Virus record (IMG/VR): IMGVR_UViG_3300045974_000166
Location: 128,098-192,097 of that record
Direction: 5' to 3' (one strand)
DNA: 64,000 nucleotides
DNA from: a virus
The notes under the pieces are model-generated. The model ran no database searches, was not told where the DNA came from, and saw only the letters and a program-made list of their open reading frames with translations. A program made the position numbers and the translations under genes. Below, piece after piece: positions 1-10,066 of this stretch. Position 1 is the first letter of the stretch; every line of letters begins with the position of its first letter.

Positions 1-1107
1 GACCGCTATACAAATATTGTTCGGCCGGAGATACTTGGGTCAAGTCTATCTTCACAAGAAAGTGGATCCACCAATGCTATCGTAAGTTATGGACTTCAAC
101 TGAACGACAAACTAAGACTTGGGACATTGGCAACAGTGCGTTTTGGTGATAATTATCAAAACACTATGATATCTGGTTCACTCGGTTGGAGTCCTTCGGC
201 CGAAAATTCATTCACAGTTGTAACAGCTTATTCGCAGACCCGCGATCCAATACAGGCAACTGTTCCTAATGGTAGCGCATTTTATTTGAATCATACTTAT
301 TCTGATAAGACTCTTTTTTCACAGTCTAGCATTACATACGTCGCCGAAAATTTCAGAGCTGACATGGGATATATGAATTTGGCTGGGGGAACCAGATTTT
401 CAAATTACGAAAGTTTGAACTTCGACCAGTCAGAAAATGACTTTATTACATCATATGGTGGTTATGTCACTTTTGATACGACTATAGATGCAGACAATAA
501 TCTAGTGAGTTATGACCAGACTTTGTCTGCATCTATAACTATGAAATCCCAGTATATATTTTCTATCAGTAAGCAAAAGAACATGTATATATTCGACACA
601 AAGCGATTTTTGTCCGACCAAACAACTATCAATTTTGATGCAACACCATTTAACTGCTTCACTATTATGTCATCTTTCGGCCGTGGCACAACAACCGATT
701 TCAATGTTCTAGAACAGCGTCCACTTAGTAGTATGATGTTTACAACGGTGTGGCAAATTACATCACAGTGGAAAACTTCTACATCTATTATAAATGAAAA
801 AGACGCCGATTCAAACGATCTTGGATATAAAGCTAGGGTTGTCAATGTCAAACTGTCATATTCTCCCTCAAAATTCCACACTCTGAAATTACAATTGGCG
901 CAGTCTAGTACTTTACAGAAAGATCTATTTGATGGGATTCTGTATGAACAACATTCAGTAAGTCAAAAAGAACAAATTGTTTACACATGGAATCCGCAAA
1001 TAGGCACAACTTTAGTGCTTGGTTGGCAAGGTAATAGAACCAAGACTGATGGTAAGATTTCGACTCAAACAACTGCAGTCTTTGGTAAGTTTGTAAAAGT
1101 ATTTTAA
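1..1107 (+). CDS. 5'-truncated outer-membrane beta-barrel-like protein (DUF5916-like C-terminus)
   Basis: Frame open from base 1; alternating beta-strand pattern, ENFRADMGY motif, C-terminal Phe. Confidence 0.5.
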   Translation, partial: DRYTNIVRPEILGSSLSSQESGSTNAIVSYGLQLNDKLRLGTLATVRFGDNYQNTMISGSLGWSPSAENSFTVVTAYSQTRDPIQATVPNGSAFYLNHTYSDKTLFSQSSITYVAENFRADMGYMNLAGGTRFSNYESLNFDQSENDFITSYGGYVTFDTTIDADNNLVSYDQTLSASITMKSQYIFSISKQKNMYIFDTKRFLSDQTTINFDATPFNCFTIMSSFGRGTTTDFNVLEQRPLSSMMFTTVWQITSQWKTSTSIINEKDADSNDLGYKARVVNVKLSYSPSKFHTLKLQLAQSSTLQKDLFDGILYEQHSVSQKEQIVYTWNPQIGTTLVLGWQGNRTKTDGKISTQTTAVFGKFVKVF

Positions 1108-1136
1108 TTTACACATAATACTCGGTGGTTTATAAT
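1108..1136 (+). promoter_or_regulatory. early promoter
   Basis: TTTACA-17-TATAAT. Confidence 0.85.
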
Positions 1137-1165
1137 GAAACATCTTCTGAAACAAAGGAATAGAA

Positions 1166-1357
1166 ATGATCACTGTAGGAAAAATGGAGGACGGAAAGAT
1201 TGTTCAAATCGTACGCACTGCCACCACAGTAGAATTTTCAAAGGTTCCTGGGTGGATCTGTATCTGTATTGACTTTGAAAAGCCGATTCGGAAGCAAGAA
1301 CAAGTTAAGTGGATCCCAGGCGACACAAAGTTTACTTGGGTTCATGAATTCTCTTAG
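1166..1357 (+). CDS. hypothetical protein
   Basis: AAGGA RBS, follows promoter. Confidence 0.7.
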   Translation: MITVGKMEDGKIVQIVRTATTVEFSKVPGWICICIDFEKPIRKQEQVKWIPGDTKFTWVHEFS

Positions 1358-1365
1358 GAAACATT

Positions 1366-1656
1366 ATGGGTAAGAAAACATTCTCTGTCGAAAAAATGCG
1401 TCTTGACATTAACTCTAGTCTCAAGAATTCAACCTCTGACTATTGTTCGAAAGATGTTCGTCAAGGTCTCTGCAATGCTCTAGAGTATGTGCTTCATACT
1501 TCTGGAAACTACCACGGCTTTAAGTACCTTTGGCAAGATGCTGTGCCGCAGGGCGAATTACCGGGTATCGTTGTGCATGGGCTAATTGAAACCACGCCAC
1601 AAGAAGTTCGCTTTGCCAAAGGTACTGTGGATGAAACCCGCCGGGAATACTTTTGA
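1366..1656 (+). CDS. hypothetical protein
   Basis: AGGA RBS, tandem ORF. Confidence 0.75.
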   Translation: MGKKTFSVEKMRLDINSSLKNSTSDYCSKDVRQGLCNALEYVLHTSGNYHGFKYLWQDAVPQGELPGIVVHGLIETTPQEVRFAKGTVDETRREYF

Positions 1657-1749
1657 AACCCAATAAAAAGATTCGGAAGTCAATTGCCGACTGGCAAAGT
1701 TCTCAAAAGCAAGTAGAACTTTGCCCGGCATGTTCTGGCTCGGGTTATT

Positions 1750-2043
1750 ATGATGTGCAGGGAAGTCCAAAATGTGGATCCTGCTCTGGAACAGGAATTA
1801 AAAATGAACCTAGTCGAACAAATCGTTGAACTTGCCAAAGAGATTGAGGCAGAAGACCCGATTGATTTTGGAATGCTTAATGTGTCTGAAGACGTCGCGT
1901 ATTCCATAATGGCCTCGGGCGTACTCGATTCGTATCTGATGAATGATCCCGAGGATCGCGATCTGATTCTTATGGCTACTGTTACTAAACTAATAGTAGA
2001 AAATTTTGTACTTAACTTAGAAAAGGCTAAAAGAAATGAGTAA
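1750..2043 (+). CDS. hypothetical protein (start probably 1804)
   Basis: acidic ORF, RBS before 1804. Confidence 0.7.
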   Translation: MMCREVQNVDPALEQELKMNLVEQIVELAKEIEAEDPIDFGMLNVSEDVAYSIMASGVLDSYLMNDPEDRDLILMATVTKLIVENFVLNLEKAKRNE

Positions 2044-2308
2044 ATTAGTAATGGTAGAATGTGTTTCTATGTTCCGAATTCGGTATGTCGTTGAGGTACC
2101 CGATGACCACCCTGAGTATGCGCTTGATTCTGTCACGTGTCAAGAAGTTGAAGAATTTGATCAAGAACATCTCGGAGAAACTATTGTCTCACACCGCGTT
2201 GTTACGGAACAAGAAGTGCTCGATCAATTTGAAAGCGGCAATCTTGCTTACTGCGCAGGTTGGACAAAAGAACAAAAACTCGCGAACGTCTTTAAGGTAG
2301 AAGTATGA
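2036..2308 (+). CDS. hypothetical protein
   Basis: overlapping tandem ORF. Confidence 0.75.
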   Translation: MSKLVMVECVSMFRIRYVVEVPDDHPEYALDSVTCQEVEEFDQEHLGETIVSHRVVTEQEVLDQFESGNLAYCAGWTKEQKLANVFKVEV

Positions 2309-2435
2309 ACGACTATATCACCGACACAATCGTTCGCGAAACTAGGTCTACTGTTTATAATGCAGGTCTTGTGGCCGATCAAATGGAACGGGTAGCATAT
2401 CAATTCGATACATTCGTTGAACTTTACAGACTTTT

Positions 2436-2942
2436 TTGGCAACTCCCACCTTCAAAATGAGCATTTATACTATGAAATTTCTTCGGCCAACTTGCTATAT
2501 GCTGATTGGTGTTCCTGCATCTGGGAAAACTACTTGGACTATCAAGAACCATCCGTCTATCGGATATGCTTCGACCGACAAGTATATTGACCGGTTTGCA
2601 GCTGAACGTGGTGTGTCTTACGATGATGCATTCGACACCAGCATCAAAGAAGCAACTTCGCTGATGATTGAAGAAGTTGGGACTTATGTCGTCGAAGAAA
2701 AGGATTTTGTTTGGGATCAGACAAATCTGTCCAAGAAATCTCGAGCAAAGAAATTGAAATTTCTCAGTGACTACAATGTCGTTGCTGTTGTTTTTGAAAC
2801 ACCCGAAAAGAGTGTCTTGAAAGAACGTCTTGACCGCCGTCCTGGAAAAACTATTCCACACTCAGTGCTGAAATCAATGCTGGAAAGTTTCGAACTTCCT
2901 ACCATTGACGAAGGTTTCTCTAAAATTGTTATCGCCGAATAA
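2436..2942 (+). CDS. AAA_33 P-loop kinase (polynucleotide-kinase-like)
   Basis: LIGVPASGKTT Walker A, WDQTNL, RxxR lid (RLDRRPGKTIP). Confidence 0.85.
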   Translation: MATPTFKMSIYTMKFLRPTCYMLIGVPASGKTTWTIKNHPSIGYASTDKYIDRFAAERGVSYDDAFDTSIKEATSLMIEEVGTYVVEEKDFVWDQTNLSKKSRAKKLKFLSDYNVVAVVFETPEKSVLKERLDRRPGKTIPHSVLKSMLESFELPTIDEGFSKIVIAE

Positions 2943-3501
2943 AATGATCTATTTCACTTCAGATCTTCACATTTACCACAGACGGATCCAAGAGTTCTGC
3001 CCAACTACTCGGTCGGGTAAAGATTGGGAAGAAATGTCCGAGATTCTCTTGAGTAATTTAGAGCGAACTCTGAAGCCCGGTGATGTGCTGTACAACTTAG
3101 GTGACGTAGCATTTCAGGGTGTTGATTTCTGCCATAAAGCACTGAGTCGTATTGCTGCGACTGGTGTCGAACACCATTTGATTTTGGGTAATCACGATCA
3201 CCACATGCGGAAGAACCAGCATCTCCGCGATCAATGTGCTTCGGTATCTCACATGAAGACTTTTGTGATTGAAAAGCAAATGGTTGTGCTATGTCACTTC
3301 CCATTGGCACATTGGGAATCTGAAGAAACTAGTTTCCACCTTCACGGACACTGCCATGGGTCGTACCAAACGGACGGTAACATTCTCGATGTTGGAATCG
3401 ACAACCGAGCAGAAGCTGATATGATGCCATGGACTTGGGACGAAGTCAAGCAGTACATGAAGACTGTGAAGCCTAAGGTCGGTCATCACGGAGCCTCGTA
3501 A
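2905..3501 (+). CDS. calcineurin-like metallophosphoesterase (start probably 2944)
   Basis: FTSDLH, LGD, GNHD, HLHGHCH motifs. Confidence 0.9.
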   Translation: MTKVSLKLLSPNKMIYFTSDLHIYHRRIQEFCPTTRSGKDWEEMSEILLSNLERTLKPGDVLYNLGDVAFQGVDFCHKALSRIAATGVEHHLILGNHDHHMRKNQHLRDQCASVSHMKTFVIEKQMVVLCHFPLAHWESEETSFHLHGHCHGSYQTDGNILDVGIDNRAEADMMPWTWDEVKQYMKTVKPKVGHHGAS

Positions 3502-3530
3502 TTTACACATAATACTCGTTGTAGTATAAT
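3502..3530 (+). promoter_or_regulatory. early promoter
   Basis: TTTACA-17-TATAAT. Confidence 0.85.
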
Positions 3531-3551
3531 AATTGAAATTGAAGGATCAAA

Positions 3552-3899
3552 ATGATTGATGCAAAAACGGCCCGGACTCTTGTTGAAGAGAGCGATACTT
3601 TGATGGTAAAATACCTCGAAGATCTGGGGAATCTTATTGAACGCGAAGCTAAACTTGGTAAACGCCATGTTTTTCCAGCAAATTCCGGCCTTCAATTCAG
3701 ATCAATTTATGATGTCGCCCATGAAGATTGCCGGGCATCAGAAATGAATGGTTTACAGAAGTTGATTAAAGCTAGACTCAAATTGCTTGGGTTTGATATG
3801 TGTCTAGAAAAGCAAAAAGTCCAGATTGGTGGCGGCTTGGGATGGATGGATGACGAAGTTCGGCATGAGTTTCATGCCTCCATCAAGATTTCTTGGTAA
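3552..3899 (+). CDS. hypothetical protein
   Basis: GAAGGA RBS, between two promoters. Confidence 0.75.
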   Translation: MIDAKTARTLVEESDTLMVKYLEDLGNLIEREAKLGKRHVFPANSGLQFRSIYDVAHEDCRASEMNGLQKLIKARLKLLGFDMCLEKQKVQIGGGLGWMDDEVRHEFHASIKISW

Positions 3900-3928
3900 T
3901 TTACACATAATGCTCGTTGTAGTATAAT
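3900..3928 (+). promoter_or_regulatory. early promoter
   Basis: TTTACA-17-TATAAT. Confidence 0.85.
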
Positions 3929-4128
3929 TGATCCATACCGAATCACTGCGGAGAATTGAAGTGTTTATGTTTAAACGTGTGTGGGGTGACCGAAAAGTCG
4001 TAGAAATTCAAGAATTGGAAATCGAAATTTCTAAACTTGAAATTGAACAGGGTGGAAAGTACGGCCACTTATCTCCAAAGATTTCAAAACTGCTTCATAA
4101 AGTGCAAAAACTTCGTAATTCTCTTTAA
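3928..4128 (+). CDS. hypothetical protein (start probably about 3967)
   Basis: ORF after promoter. Confidence 0.6.
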   Translation: MIHTESLRRIEVFMFKRVWGDRKVVEIQELEIEISKLEIEQGGKYGHLSPKISKLLHKVQKLRNSL

Positions 4129-4305
4129 GAAATAAATGAAAAAAGTTGTCTACAAAGGTCTCACCCTTGCCAAAGGCTCCAAAGCACTTGAGCTCTGGGA
4201 AGATTGGCAGCGTGACACCAAAGATCGCAATGCTGCACAAAAGAAATTGGACCAGCATATGAAAGATGTCGAAACCCGTTATCGTGAATTGCTGGAGAAA
4301 GCAAA

Positions 4306-4518
4306 ATGAACAAGCGCACTATGGAACTTTGGAAGCAGGCAACCGAGCATGCTTTTTCTGTGACTACATTGAATGAGACTCCCAAGGAATTTGAAGAACT
4401 GAAGTTGGCCAAGTTTGCTGAGTTGATTGTGGGGGAATGTGTAGATATTGCATGGCCGAATATCAACGGATTCGTTATTGCAAAGAAGATTAAAGAACAT
4501 TTCGGAGTTAAGAGTTAA
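4306..4518 (+). CDS. hypothetical protein, FAELIVxEC paralogue family
   Basis: KFAELIVGEC motif, ends IKEHFGV. Confidence 0.75.
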   Translation: MNKRTMELWKQATEHAFSVTTLNETPKEFEELKLAKFAELIVGECVDIAWPNINGFVIAKKIKEHFGVKS

Positions 4519-4520
4519 AG

Positions 4521-4733
4521 ATGAAACCGACCCTTCTTAACTTTTCACTGCTCTCAGGGGCGGCCAAGTACAAGTCTTATCTTGATCCAGTGCCGTGTAT
4601 AGTTCTTGCTAATGGAGAAGAACTTGAAAAATTTGCAGCAATGGTAGTCAAACATTCCGTTAACTATCTTAAAGATAATAATGCAGATTTTGAAGCTGAA
4701 CAACTGGAAGATTTTTGGAGAGAACATCTATGA
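4521..4733 (+). CDS. hypothetical protein, divergent FAELIVxEC family member
   Basis: LEKFAAMVVKHS. Confidence 0.65.
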   Translation: MKPTLLNFSLLSGAAKYKSYLDPVPCIVLANGEELEKFAAMVVKHSVNYLKDNNADFEAEQLEDFWREHL

Positions 4734-4942
4734 CACGCGAAGCAGGCAAAGGTGATAAACTGCGCAAAGGTGCAGACCTAGAAAAATATGCCGACGGATG
4801 GGATCGTATCTTCGGTAAGAAGGAAAAATTAGTGCGTATCAAAAAGCATACTTGTCCGTACAAAGAAGATCTTTTTGGTGATTATAGAACTCTGTGTGAC
4901 TGCGACCATGAAGCTACTCGGCAGTGTGCGCACGACATTTAA
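4715..4942 (+). CDS. hypothetical protein (start probably 4730)
   Basis: AGKGDKLR...YADGWDRIFG, Cys-rich tail. Confidence 0.7.
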   Translation: MERTSMTREAGKGDKLRKGADLEKYADGWDRIFGKKEKLVRIKKHTCPYKEDLFGDYRTLCDCDHEATRQCAHDI

Positions 4943-4971
4943 TTTACACATAAAGACTTTTGGTTTATAAT
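4943..4971 (+). promoter_or_regulatory. early promoter
   Basis: TTTACA-17-TATAAT. Confidence 0.85.
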
Positions 4972-5163
4972 GAACCATCTTAAACAAAAGGACAAATCGT
5001 GTCTGCAATGTCTACTCTGCATTTCGATGTCGTAGAACTCTACTACGAAGGTATGAATTCTCGGCAAATTGCCAATGAACTCGATGTGCCACATTATGTT
5101 GTGATGGGTATTTTGGAATCATTGAATCAAGATTTTTGAAGGGTATTACTATGAAAAAAGTGC

Positions 5164-5472
5164 TTGGGACTATGCCAAATGTTTAACTCTCGGTACGAAG
5201 AATTAGTCTATCTTGCTGGTCAAGCACCAGCTGAACCACAGCCGTGGTTTAAGCCGAGTATGCGGCAACGCCCAAACTCAGATGTTTATGTATCTTATGA
5301 TGGTAAGAGGAAATACACTTCGGCTTATATGGCCGAGCAGCAAGAAGGTGATGATTTTCTATTGGTCAACGAAAAAGAAATTGCCGCATGGGAAGAAGAA
5401 TATAAAAAAGAGAGATACATTCAATGGCCTTTAGCATGGGCCAGAGTGATTCGTGCAACGATAGTAGAATAA
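5164..5472 (+). CDS. hypothetical protein
   Basis: tandem ORF. Confidence 0.6.
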   Translation: MGLCQMFNSRYEELVYLAGQAPAEPQPWFKPSMRQRPNSDVYVSYDGKRKYTSAYMAEQQEGDDFLLVNEKEIAAWEEEYKKERYIQWPLAWARVIRATIVE

Positions 5473-5473
5473 C

Positions 5474-6283
5474 ATGAAAATACAAATAGTCTCAGACTTA
5501 CACTTAGAATTTGGCACCACAGAAATCAAAAATGCCGGTGCCGATGTTTTGGTGCTGGCCGGAGACATTGTAGTTGCAGATGATATCTCAGAGACCACAG
5601 ATCCAGATAGCCATAGATATCTAACTACTCTACGTTACCGACTGTTTTTTGAACAAGTAGCATCAGAGTTTAAGCATATAATCTATGTTGCAGGAAATCA
5701 TGAATTCTACAACGGCAAATGGGAAAAATCTTTAGAAATTCTTCGACACTTTTTGCAGAACTTTCCAAATGTACATTTCCTCGAACGTGAGCATATTGTC
5801 CTAGATGAAGTAGTTTTCATGGGTGGTACTCTCTGGACCGACATGAATAAAGGTGACCCACTGACCCTACATGCTACTCAAGACATGATGCACGATTTCA
5901 CATTGATTCGTAACGATGCTCTGGGATACCGGAAGCTCCGTGCATATGATACCGTACTTCGACATAGAGAAACTTTGGGGTACTTTAAAGTACTGGCCGA
6001 CATATATCGAGATCAGAAGATTGTGATGGTAGAACATCACGCGCCTCACCAGAAATCTATTCATGAGAGATATGTGAACAATTATCTCATGAATGGCGCC
6101 TATGCTTCGGATCTATCTGAATTCATCCTAGATCGGCCGCAGATTAAACTTGTGACTCACGGTCACATGCACAACAATTCTAATTACATGATCGGTGATA
6201 CTCGAGTTGTATGTAATCCTAGAGGTTATGCACCCAATGATCTAAATGATCAATTTAACCCAAATTTTATAGTGGAGATTTAA
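5474..6283 (+). CDS. calcineurin-like metallophosphoesterase
   Basis: SDLHLE, LAGD, GNHE, HHAP, THGHMH, NPRGY. Confidence 0.92.
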   Translation: MKIQIVSDLHLEFGTTEIKNAGADVLVLAGDIVVADDISETTDPDSHRYLTTLRYRLFFEQVASEFKHIIYVAGNHEFYNGKWEKSLEILRHFLQNFPNVHFLEREHIVLDEVVFMGGTLWTDMNKGDPLTLHATQDMMHDFTLIRNDALGYRKLRAYDTVLRHRETLGYFKVLADIYRDQKIVMVEHHAPHQKSIHERYVNNYLMNGAYASDLSEFILDRPQIKLVTHGHMHNNSNYMIGDTRVVCNPRGYAPNDLNDQFNPNFIVEI

Positions 6284-6499
6284 ATGCTTGAATGCAAAGA
6301 ATGTAAATTTTGTGATACTCAGTACGCAACTAAAGGTTACGGTTACTGTAACATCAAACTACCTGCTTGGATGGTCACCAACAGCAATTCGGCTTTTGGA
6401 TCAGACAAATTGGTTTCGGTCAAAGAATCCGATGGTTGTGATCTAGCTCAACCATGCGATGAAGATGATTTTCAACCAACACAATCGAGTTTTCTATGA
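6284..6499 (+). CDS. hypothetical Cys-rich protein
   Basis: CxxCxxC start, GGAG RBS. Confidence 0.7.
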   Translation: MLECKECKFCDTQYATKGYGYCNIKLPAWMVTNSNSAFGSDKLVSVKESDGCDLAQPCDEDDFQPTQSSFL

Positions 6500-6690
6500 G
6501 AGAATTTATCCGATACACAACCGAAGAAGCAATCCGTAAAGCTTTTGTAGAAGATTCGTGGGCAGTTCGAAATGTGCTAAAAGCAGCAGATGGTGATGAA
6601 CTAACTTTCAACATTACTTATACTTTTGACAAAGTTCCGGCAAAGTATGCCAAGGAAATTCTCAAGGACTACCTGGCCGAGAAACTTTAA
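6496..6690 (+). CDS. hypothetical protein
   Basis: ATGA overlap with upstream ORF. Confidence 0.7.
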   Translation: MREFIRYTTEEAIRKAFVEDSWAVRNVLKAADGDELTFNITYTFDKVPAKYAKEILKDYLAEKL

Positions 6691-6719
6691 TTTACACATA
6701 ATCCACATTATAGTATAAT
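6691..6719 (+). promoter_or_regulatory. early promoter
   Basis: TTTACA-17-TATAAT. Confidence 0.85.
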
Positions 6720-6751
6720 AAACCATCTAATCCGAAACTCAAAGGAACATC

Positions 6752-7006
6752 ATGAGATATCAATCGATTTCAAACATTCTTGAAGAACTGTATGAACGCC
6801 GGGTTGAACTTGCTGCTTCAAAATTTTCGGGTGTACACCGTGATGGGATCTTCTATCGTGTACACAAAGCAAACATCGTCCCGGCAATCTTTTATGACGA
6901 TGAGAAAATTTCGAAGGATATTGCTTCTACCGTAGATATCGTCTACCATCAAGAGATGAAATTCAATACGGAAACTTCTTGGCTTACAATGTGGGATAGA
7001 AAATGA
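6752..7006 (+). CDS. hypothetical protein
   Basis: AAAGGA RBS after promoter. Confidence 0.75.
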   Translation: MRYQSISNILEELYERRVELAASKFSGVHRDGIFYRVHKANIVPAIFYDDEKISKDIASTVDIVYHQEMKFNTETSWLTMWDRK

Positions 7007-7257
7007 ACAGCACTCGAATTGCAGAACTTGCCAATCTGGCATCTGAATTGACAGACAAAATCACAAATGCCTGCGCCGATGAAACTGGCGCCTGGGTGCA
7101 TACCTGGAATGACATCTACGACCAAGAGTTTGCTAAGTTGATTATCCGCGAATGTCTTGGCCGTATTCAATTGCAATCTGTCCACGATGAAGTAACTGAA
7201 TCCTGGGTGTATTCGAACCTTACGGATGACATCAAAGAAATATTTGGAGTTGAATAA
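7003..7257 (+). CDS. hypothetical protein, FAELIVxEC family
   Basis: EFAKLIIREC...IKEIFGVE. Confidence 0.75.
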   Translation: MNSTRIAELANLASELTDKITNACADETGAWVHTWNDIYDQEFAKLIIRECLGRIQLQSVHDEVTESWVYSNLTDDIKEIFGVE

Positions 7258-7472
7258 TGAAAATGCAGCTGACTGTTAGAACTTTCACGGGTGGTGTAAG
7301 TATTGTTGCTCAATCCGATTGGGCAGAATGTACTCAGACTGAGTTTGATGACCTAGCTGAGTTTTCTGCAACGATGGCCAAACAAGGTCATTATATGACT
7401 GTTGCCAATACAATCATCCCGGGTGAGTTTCTTCGGAACCACTGTGTGATTGACGTCAGATCGGAAGACTGA
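7257..7472 (+). CDS. hypothetical protein
   Basis: TAATG coupling. Confidence 0.7.
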   Translation: MKMQLTVRTFTGGVSIVAQSDWAECTQTEFDDLAEFSATMAKQGHYMTVANTIIPGEFLRNHCVIDVRSED

Positions 7473-7695
7473 AATGAACGCGAACGCAGTTGACTATTAC
7501 CTGATCATCACTTACCCGCATTCGCGGAAACAGCATCTTATGACTGGTCCAGACCAAGCAATTGCTGCCACAGAAGAAAACAAGAACGTTCTTCTTGACA
7601 TGGGTCAACGGTTGCTCAATGAAAACGTGATTGCGAGTTACCAACTGTTGAAAGTGGTTGCTGATGAAGTGAACAACATTTGGGAGAAATTGTAA
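7450..7695 (+). CDS. hypothetical protein
   Basis: tandem ORF. Confidence 0.65.
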   Translation: MTSDRKTEMNANAVDYYLIITYPHSRKQHLMTGPDQAIAATEENKNVLLDMGQRLLNENVIASYQLLKVVADEVNNIWEKL

Positions 7696-7898
7696 TGTTT
7701 AAAATGCTCGTTATTTATCCATCTGGTGATACAGATGATGTACTAACTGATTCTGTACCGCGTAGAGGTGACACATTTAGTATTGAAGGAAAAGGTTCAC
7801 CTTTTCGGGTAGCATCTGTGACTTACCGAGCTGTTTCGGTATCCGCGCCGGCAACACATAAAGTAGCATTTGCGGCTATACAGTTGGAATTTGAATAA
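7680..7898 (+). CDS. hypothetical protein (start probably 7695)
   Basis: TAATG coupling. Confidence 0.65.
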   Translation: MGEIVMFKMLVIYPSGDTDDVLTDSVPRRGDTFSIEGKGSPFRVASVTYRAVSVSAPATHKVAFAAIQLEFE

Positions 7899-7901
7899 AA
7901 T

Positions 7902-7929
7902 TTTACACAAAATCTTTTTGTGATATAAT
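7902..7929 (+). promoter_or_regulatory. early promoter
   Basis: TTTACA-16-TATAAT. Confidence 0.75.
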
Positions 7930-7961
7930 GAAATTATCTATAACAATCTAGGAGTTAGATT

Positions 7962-8540
7962 ATGAACTGGTTTACTTGGACGCCGCTCGAACTTTGGGCA
8001 AATATTTTCACAATTGCTTGTATCGTACTTGCAGGTCGCAACAGTATCCACACCTGGTGGACGGGGCTGGTTGGATGCGTATTATTCGGCATCATGTTCT
8101 ATAACGTACAACTATATGCTGATGCGACACTTCAGATATTCTTCTTTGCCACCGGGATTTACGGTTGGATGATGTGGAAAACTAAGGGCACCTCGGAAAC
8201 AAAAGAACTAGAAATAAACAAAGCAGATAGAGTCTGGTTCATCATGGCGGTTATATCTGCACAGGTGGTTGCTTTGACATACGGATGGATACTACACTCG
8301 TTCACTAATGCTTATGCGCCTTGGATAGACTCAACTGTACTTGCATTCTCGGTGGTTGCCCAGATTCTGCTAATGTCCCGTTCAATTGAGACCTGGAAAG
8401 TATGGCTGATTGTGAACACACTGTCAGTCCCACTGTTCTGGAGTCGTGAACTGTACTTGACATCTGTGCTATATGGATTCTTCTGGGTCAATGCGCTGGT
8501 ATCATACTTCAACTGGAAGAAATTGATGGAGAAACAATAA
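7962..8540 (+). CDS. pnuC: nicotinamide riboside transporter PnuC
   Basis: multi-TM; LYADATLQIFF, GIYGWMMW, PWIDS, WKVWLIVN motifs. Confidence 0.92.
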   Translation: MNWFTWTPLELWANIFTIACIVLAGRNSIHTWWTGLVGCVLFGIMFYNVQLYADATLQIFFFATGIYGWMMWKTKGTSETKELEINKADRVWFIMAVISAQVVALTYGWILHSFTNAYAPWIDSTVLAFSVVAQILLMSRSIETWKVWLIVNTLSVPLFWSRELYLTSVLYGFFWVNALVSYFNWKKLMEKQ

Positions 8541-8776
8541 TGTGGTTCAATAAAACAACTACACCGGCGCCAGCGCCTGGTTCAAGAGGTCCTATTCCAA
8601 GTTTACGACCAATGGCACCCCCACGACAACCTGGAATTTATGAAGTACTAGCAGATATGAAAGATGCTGCAAAGGTACTTCAAGTCGAACTGAATACAAA
8701 AAGACAGTGTGAGGATAAAATCAAACTTGCAGAATTTCTTCTTGGTTTGGCAAAAGAAAAATTGGAGAAACTATAA
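8540..8776 (+). CDS. hypothetical protein
   Basis: TAATG coupling. Confidence 0.65.
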   Translation: MWFNKTTTPAPAPGSRGPIPSLRPMAPPRQPGIYEVLADMKDAAKVLQVELNTKRQCEDKIKLAEFLLGLAKEKLEKL

Positions 8777-8973
8777 TGCTTAAAAATCGCGTAGAACTAA
8801 TCGAAAATGATATTCGTAAACTTACTACTAAATGCGGCAAATCATATTTGGAAGCATTTAGATCTGGGGTGCCAGATGTTGGGTCTGAATATTTTACAGA
8901 TTTAGAACTCATTGTTAGTCTGAAGGCACAACTCGAGATTATTAAAGATTTGATTAACAAAGGACACGAATGA
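8776..8973 (+). CDS. hypothetical protein
   Basis: TAATG coupling. Confidence 0.65.
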   Translation: MLKNRVELIENDIRKLTTKCGKSYLEAFRSGVPDVGSEYFTDLELIVSLKAQLEIIKDLINKGHE

Positions 8974-9040
8974 GAAATTTCTTTTTTGGCAAACAGCATT
9001 CAATGCTTGATATTGTACTTATATCTACTACATTTTATCA

Positions 9041-9496
9041 ATGTGGCGCAGGCTCCATCACAGCGTGGCAGACACTAGGAATAGTAGTTCTTGGTTCGAT
9101 AATTTTGTCTTTTGTCGATACAATTTACTTTGGAATAAAATGAACAAAGCAACTAAACTCGCGGAAAAATGGGTTAATGCAGTTAATAAGGCAGATGATG
9201 CCCGAGATGACTTTGAATGTTATCTTATTCCAATTATCAAGGCGCTGCACCCGAAAAGAAATGTTTACTCATTTGTGAGAGTATATGAAACCGCCACCGA
9301 TATGTACGTCGAAACTCATGACGATCGAGATTATGACAATTGGAACCATTTTACTATTCCGCTGGCCGTTTTAAATGCAAAAGATCCACTCAAAGAAGCA
9401 CAAGGCCGAGCAGTTGCCGCACAAGAAGCAACTGATGCTTGCCGACAAGCTCAAATTAAAGCAGAAATTGCACGACTACAGGAGTTGGTGAAATGA
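9041..9496 (+). CDS. hypothetical protein (start probably about 9140)
   Basis: RBS before MNKATK. Confidence 0.65.
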   Translation: MWRRLHHSVADTRNSSSWFDNFVFCRYNLLWNKMNKATKLAEKWVNAVNKADDARDDFECYLIPIIKALHPKRNVYSFVRVYETATDMYVETHDDRDYDNWNHFTIPLAVLNAKDPLKEAQGRAVAAQEATDACRQAQIKAEIARLQELVK

Positions 9497-9596
9497 GAAC
9501 AAGTAGCATTGCGGGATATTTTGGATCTTATCGTGCTGCATACGAGGCAGTGGGTAAGAGATTCAAAATTAGTGGAAAGTATTCAATACAGCAAGT

Positions 9597-9872
9597 ATGC
9601 TCGGATTACAGGATGCATCCTTGGGTGTTGATTTATTATGGGAATTTTGTATGAACAAACGAATTAAAAAACTTGTCAAACAAGCAACACGACCTCGTGG
9701 TCCAAATAAGCCAGCAGAACTTGACACAGATTATTTGGCCGAACTGATTGTGCAGGAATGTGCGGCAATTGCCAAAGACTGCTATATTTACCACGAACCA
9801 CTTTCAAAAGTGCCAGCACACATTATGAAATTTGAACGACTGAACGATGATAACATGGGACACAAACTATGA
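9597..9872 (+). CDS. hypothetical protein, FAELIVxEC family (start probably 9651)
   Basis: MNKRIKKL...YLAELIVQEC. Confidence 0.7.
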   Translation: MLGLQDASLGVDLLWEFCMNKRIKKLVKQATRPRGPNKPAELDTDYLAELIVQECAAIAKDCYIYHEPLSKVPAHIMKFERLNDDNMGHKL

Positions 9873-10066
9873 ACCGAGATATAGTAAAAGGAATGTATAT
9901 TGCCTCAGAAGGCATTTGCAGCAACATGGGAAGATCCGAAGCATGGTTATGGGAAGAAACTTTTGCTTCTTTGTTTGTTAAAGAATGTATGGCAGTTGCG
10001 GACAAGGCAGTTAAGAACGGACTTGTCCCAAGTGAAGAAATAGCAAAACATTTTGGAGTTGAATAA
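9869..10066 (+). CDS. hypothetical protein, FAELIVxEC family
   Basis: TFASLFVKEC...IAKHFGVE. Confidence 0.7.
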   Translation: MNRDIVKGMYIASEGICSNMGRSEAWLWEETFASLFVKECMAVADKAVKNGLVPSEEIAKHFGVE

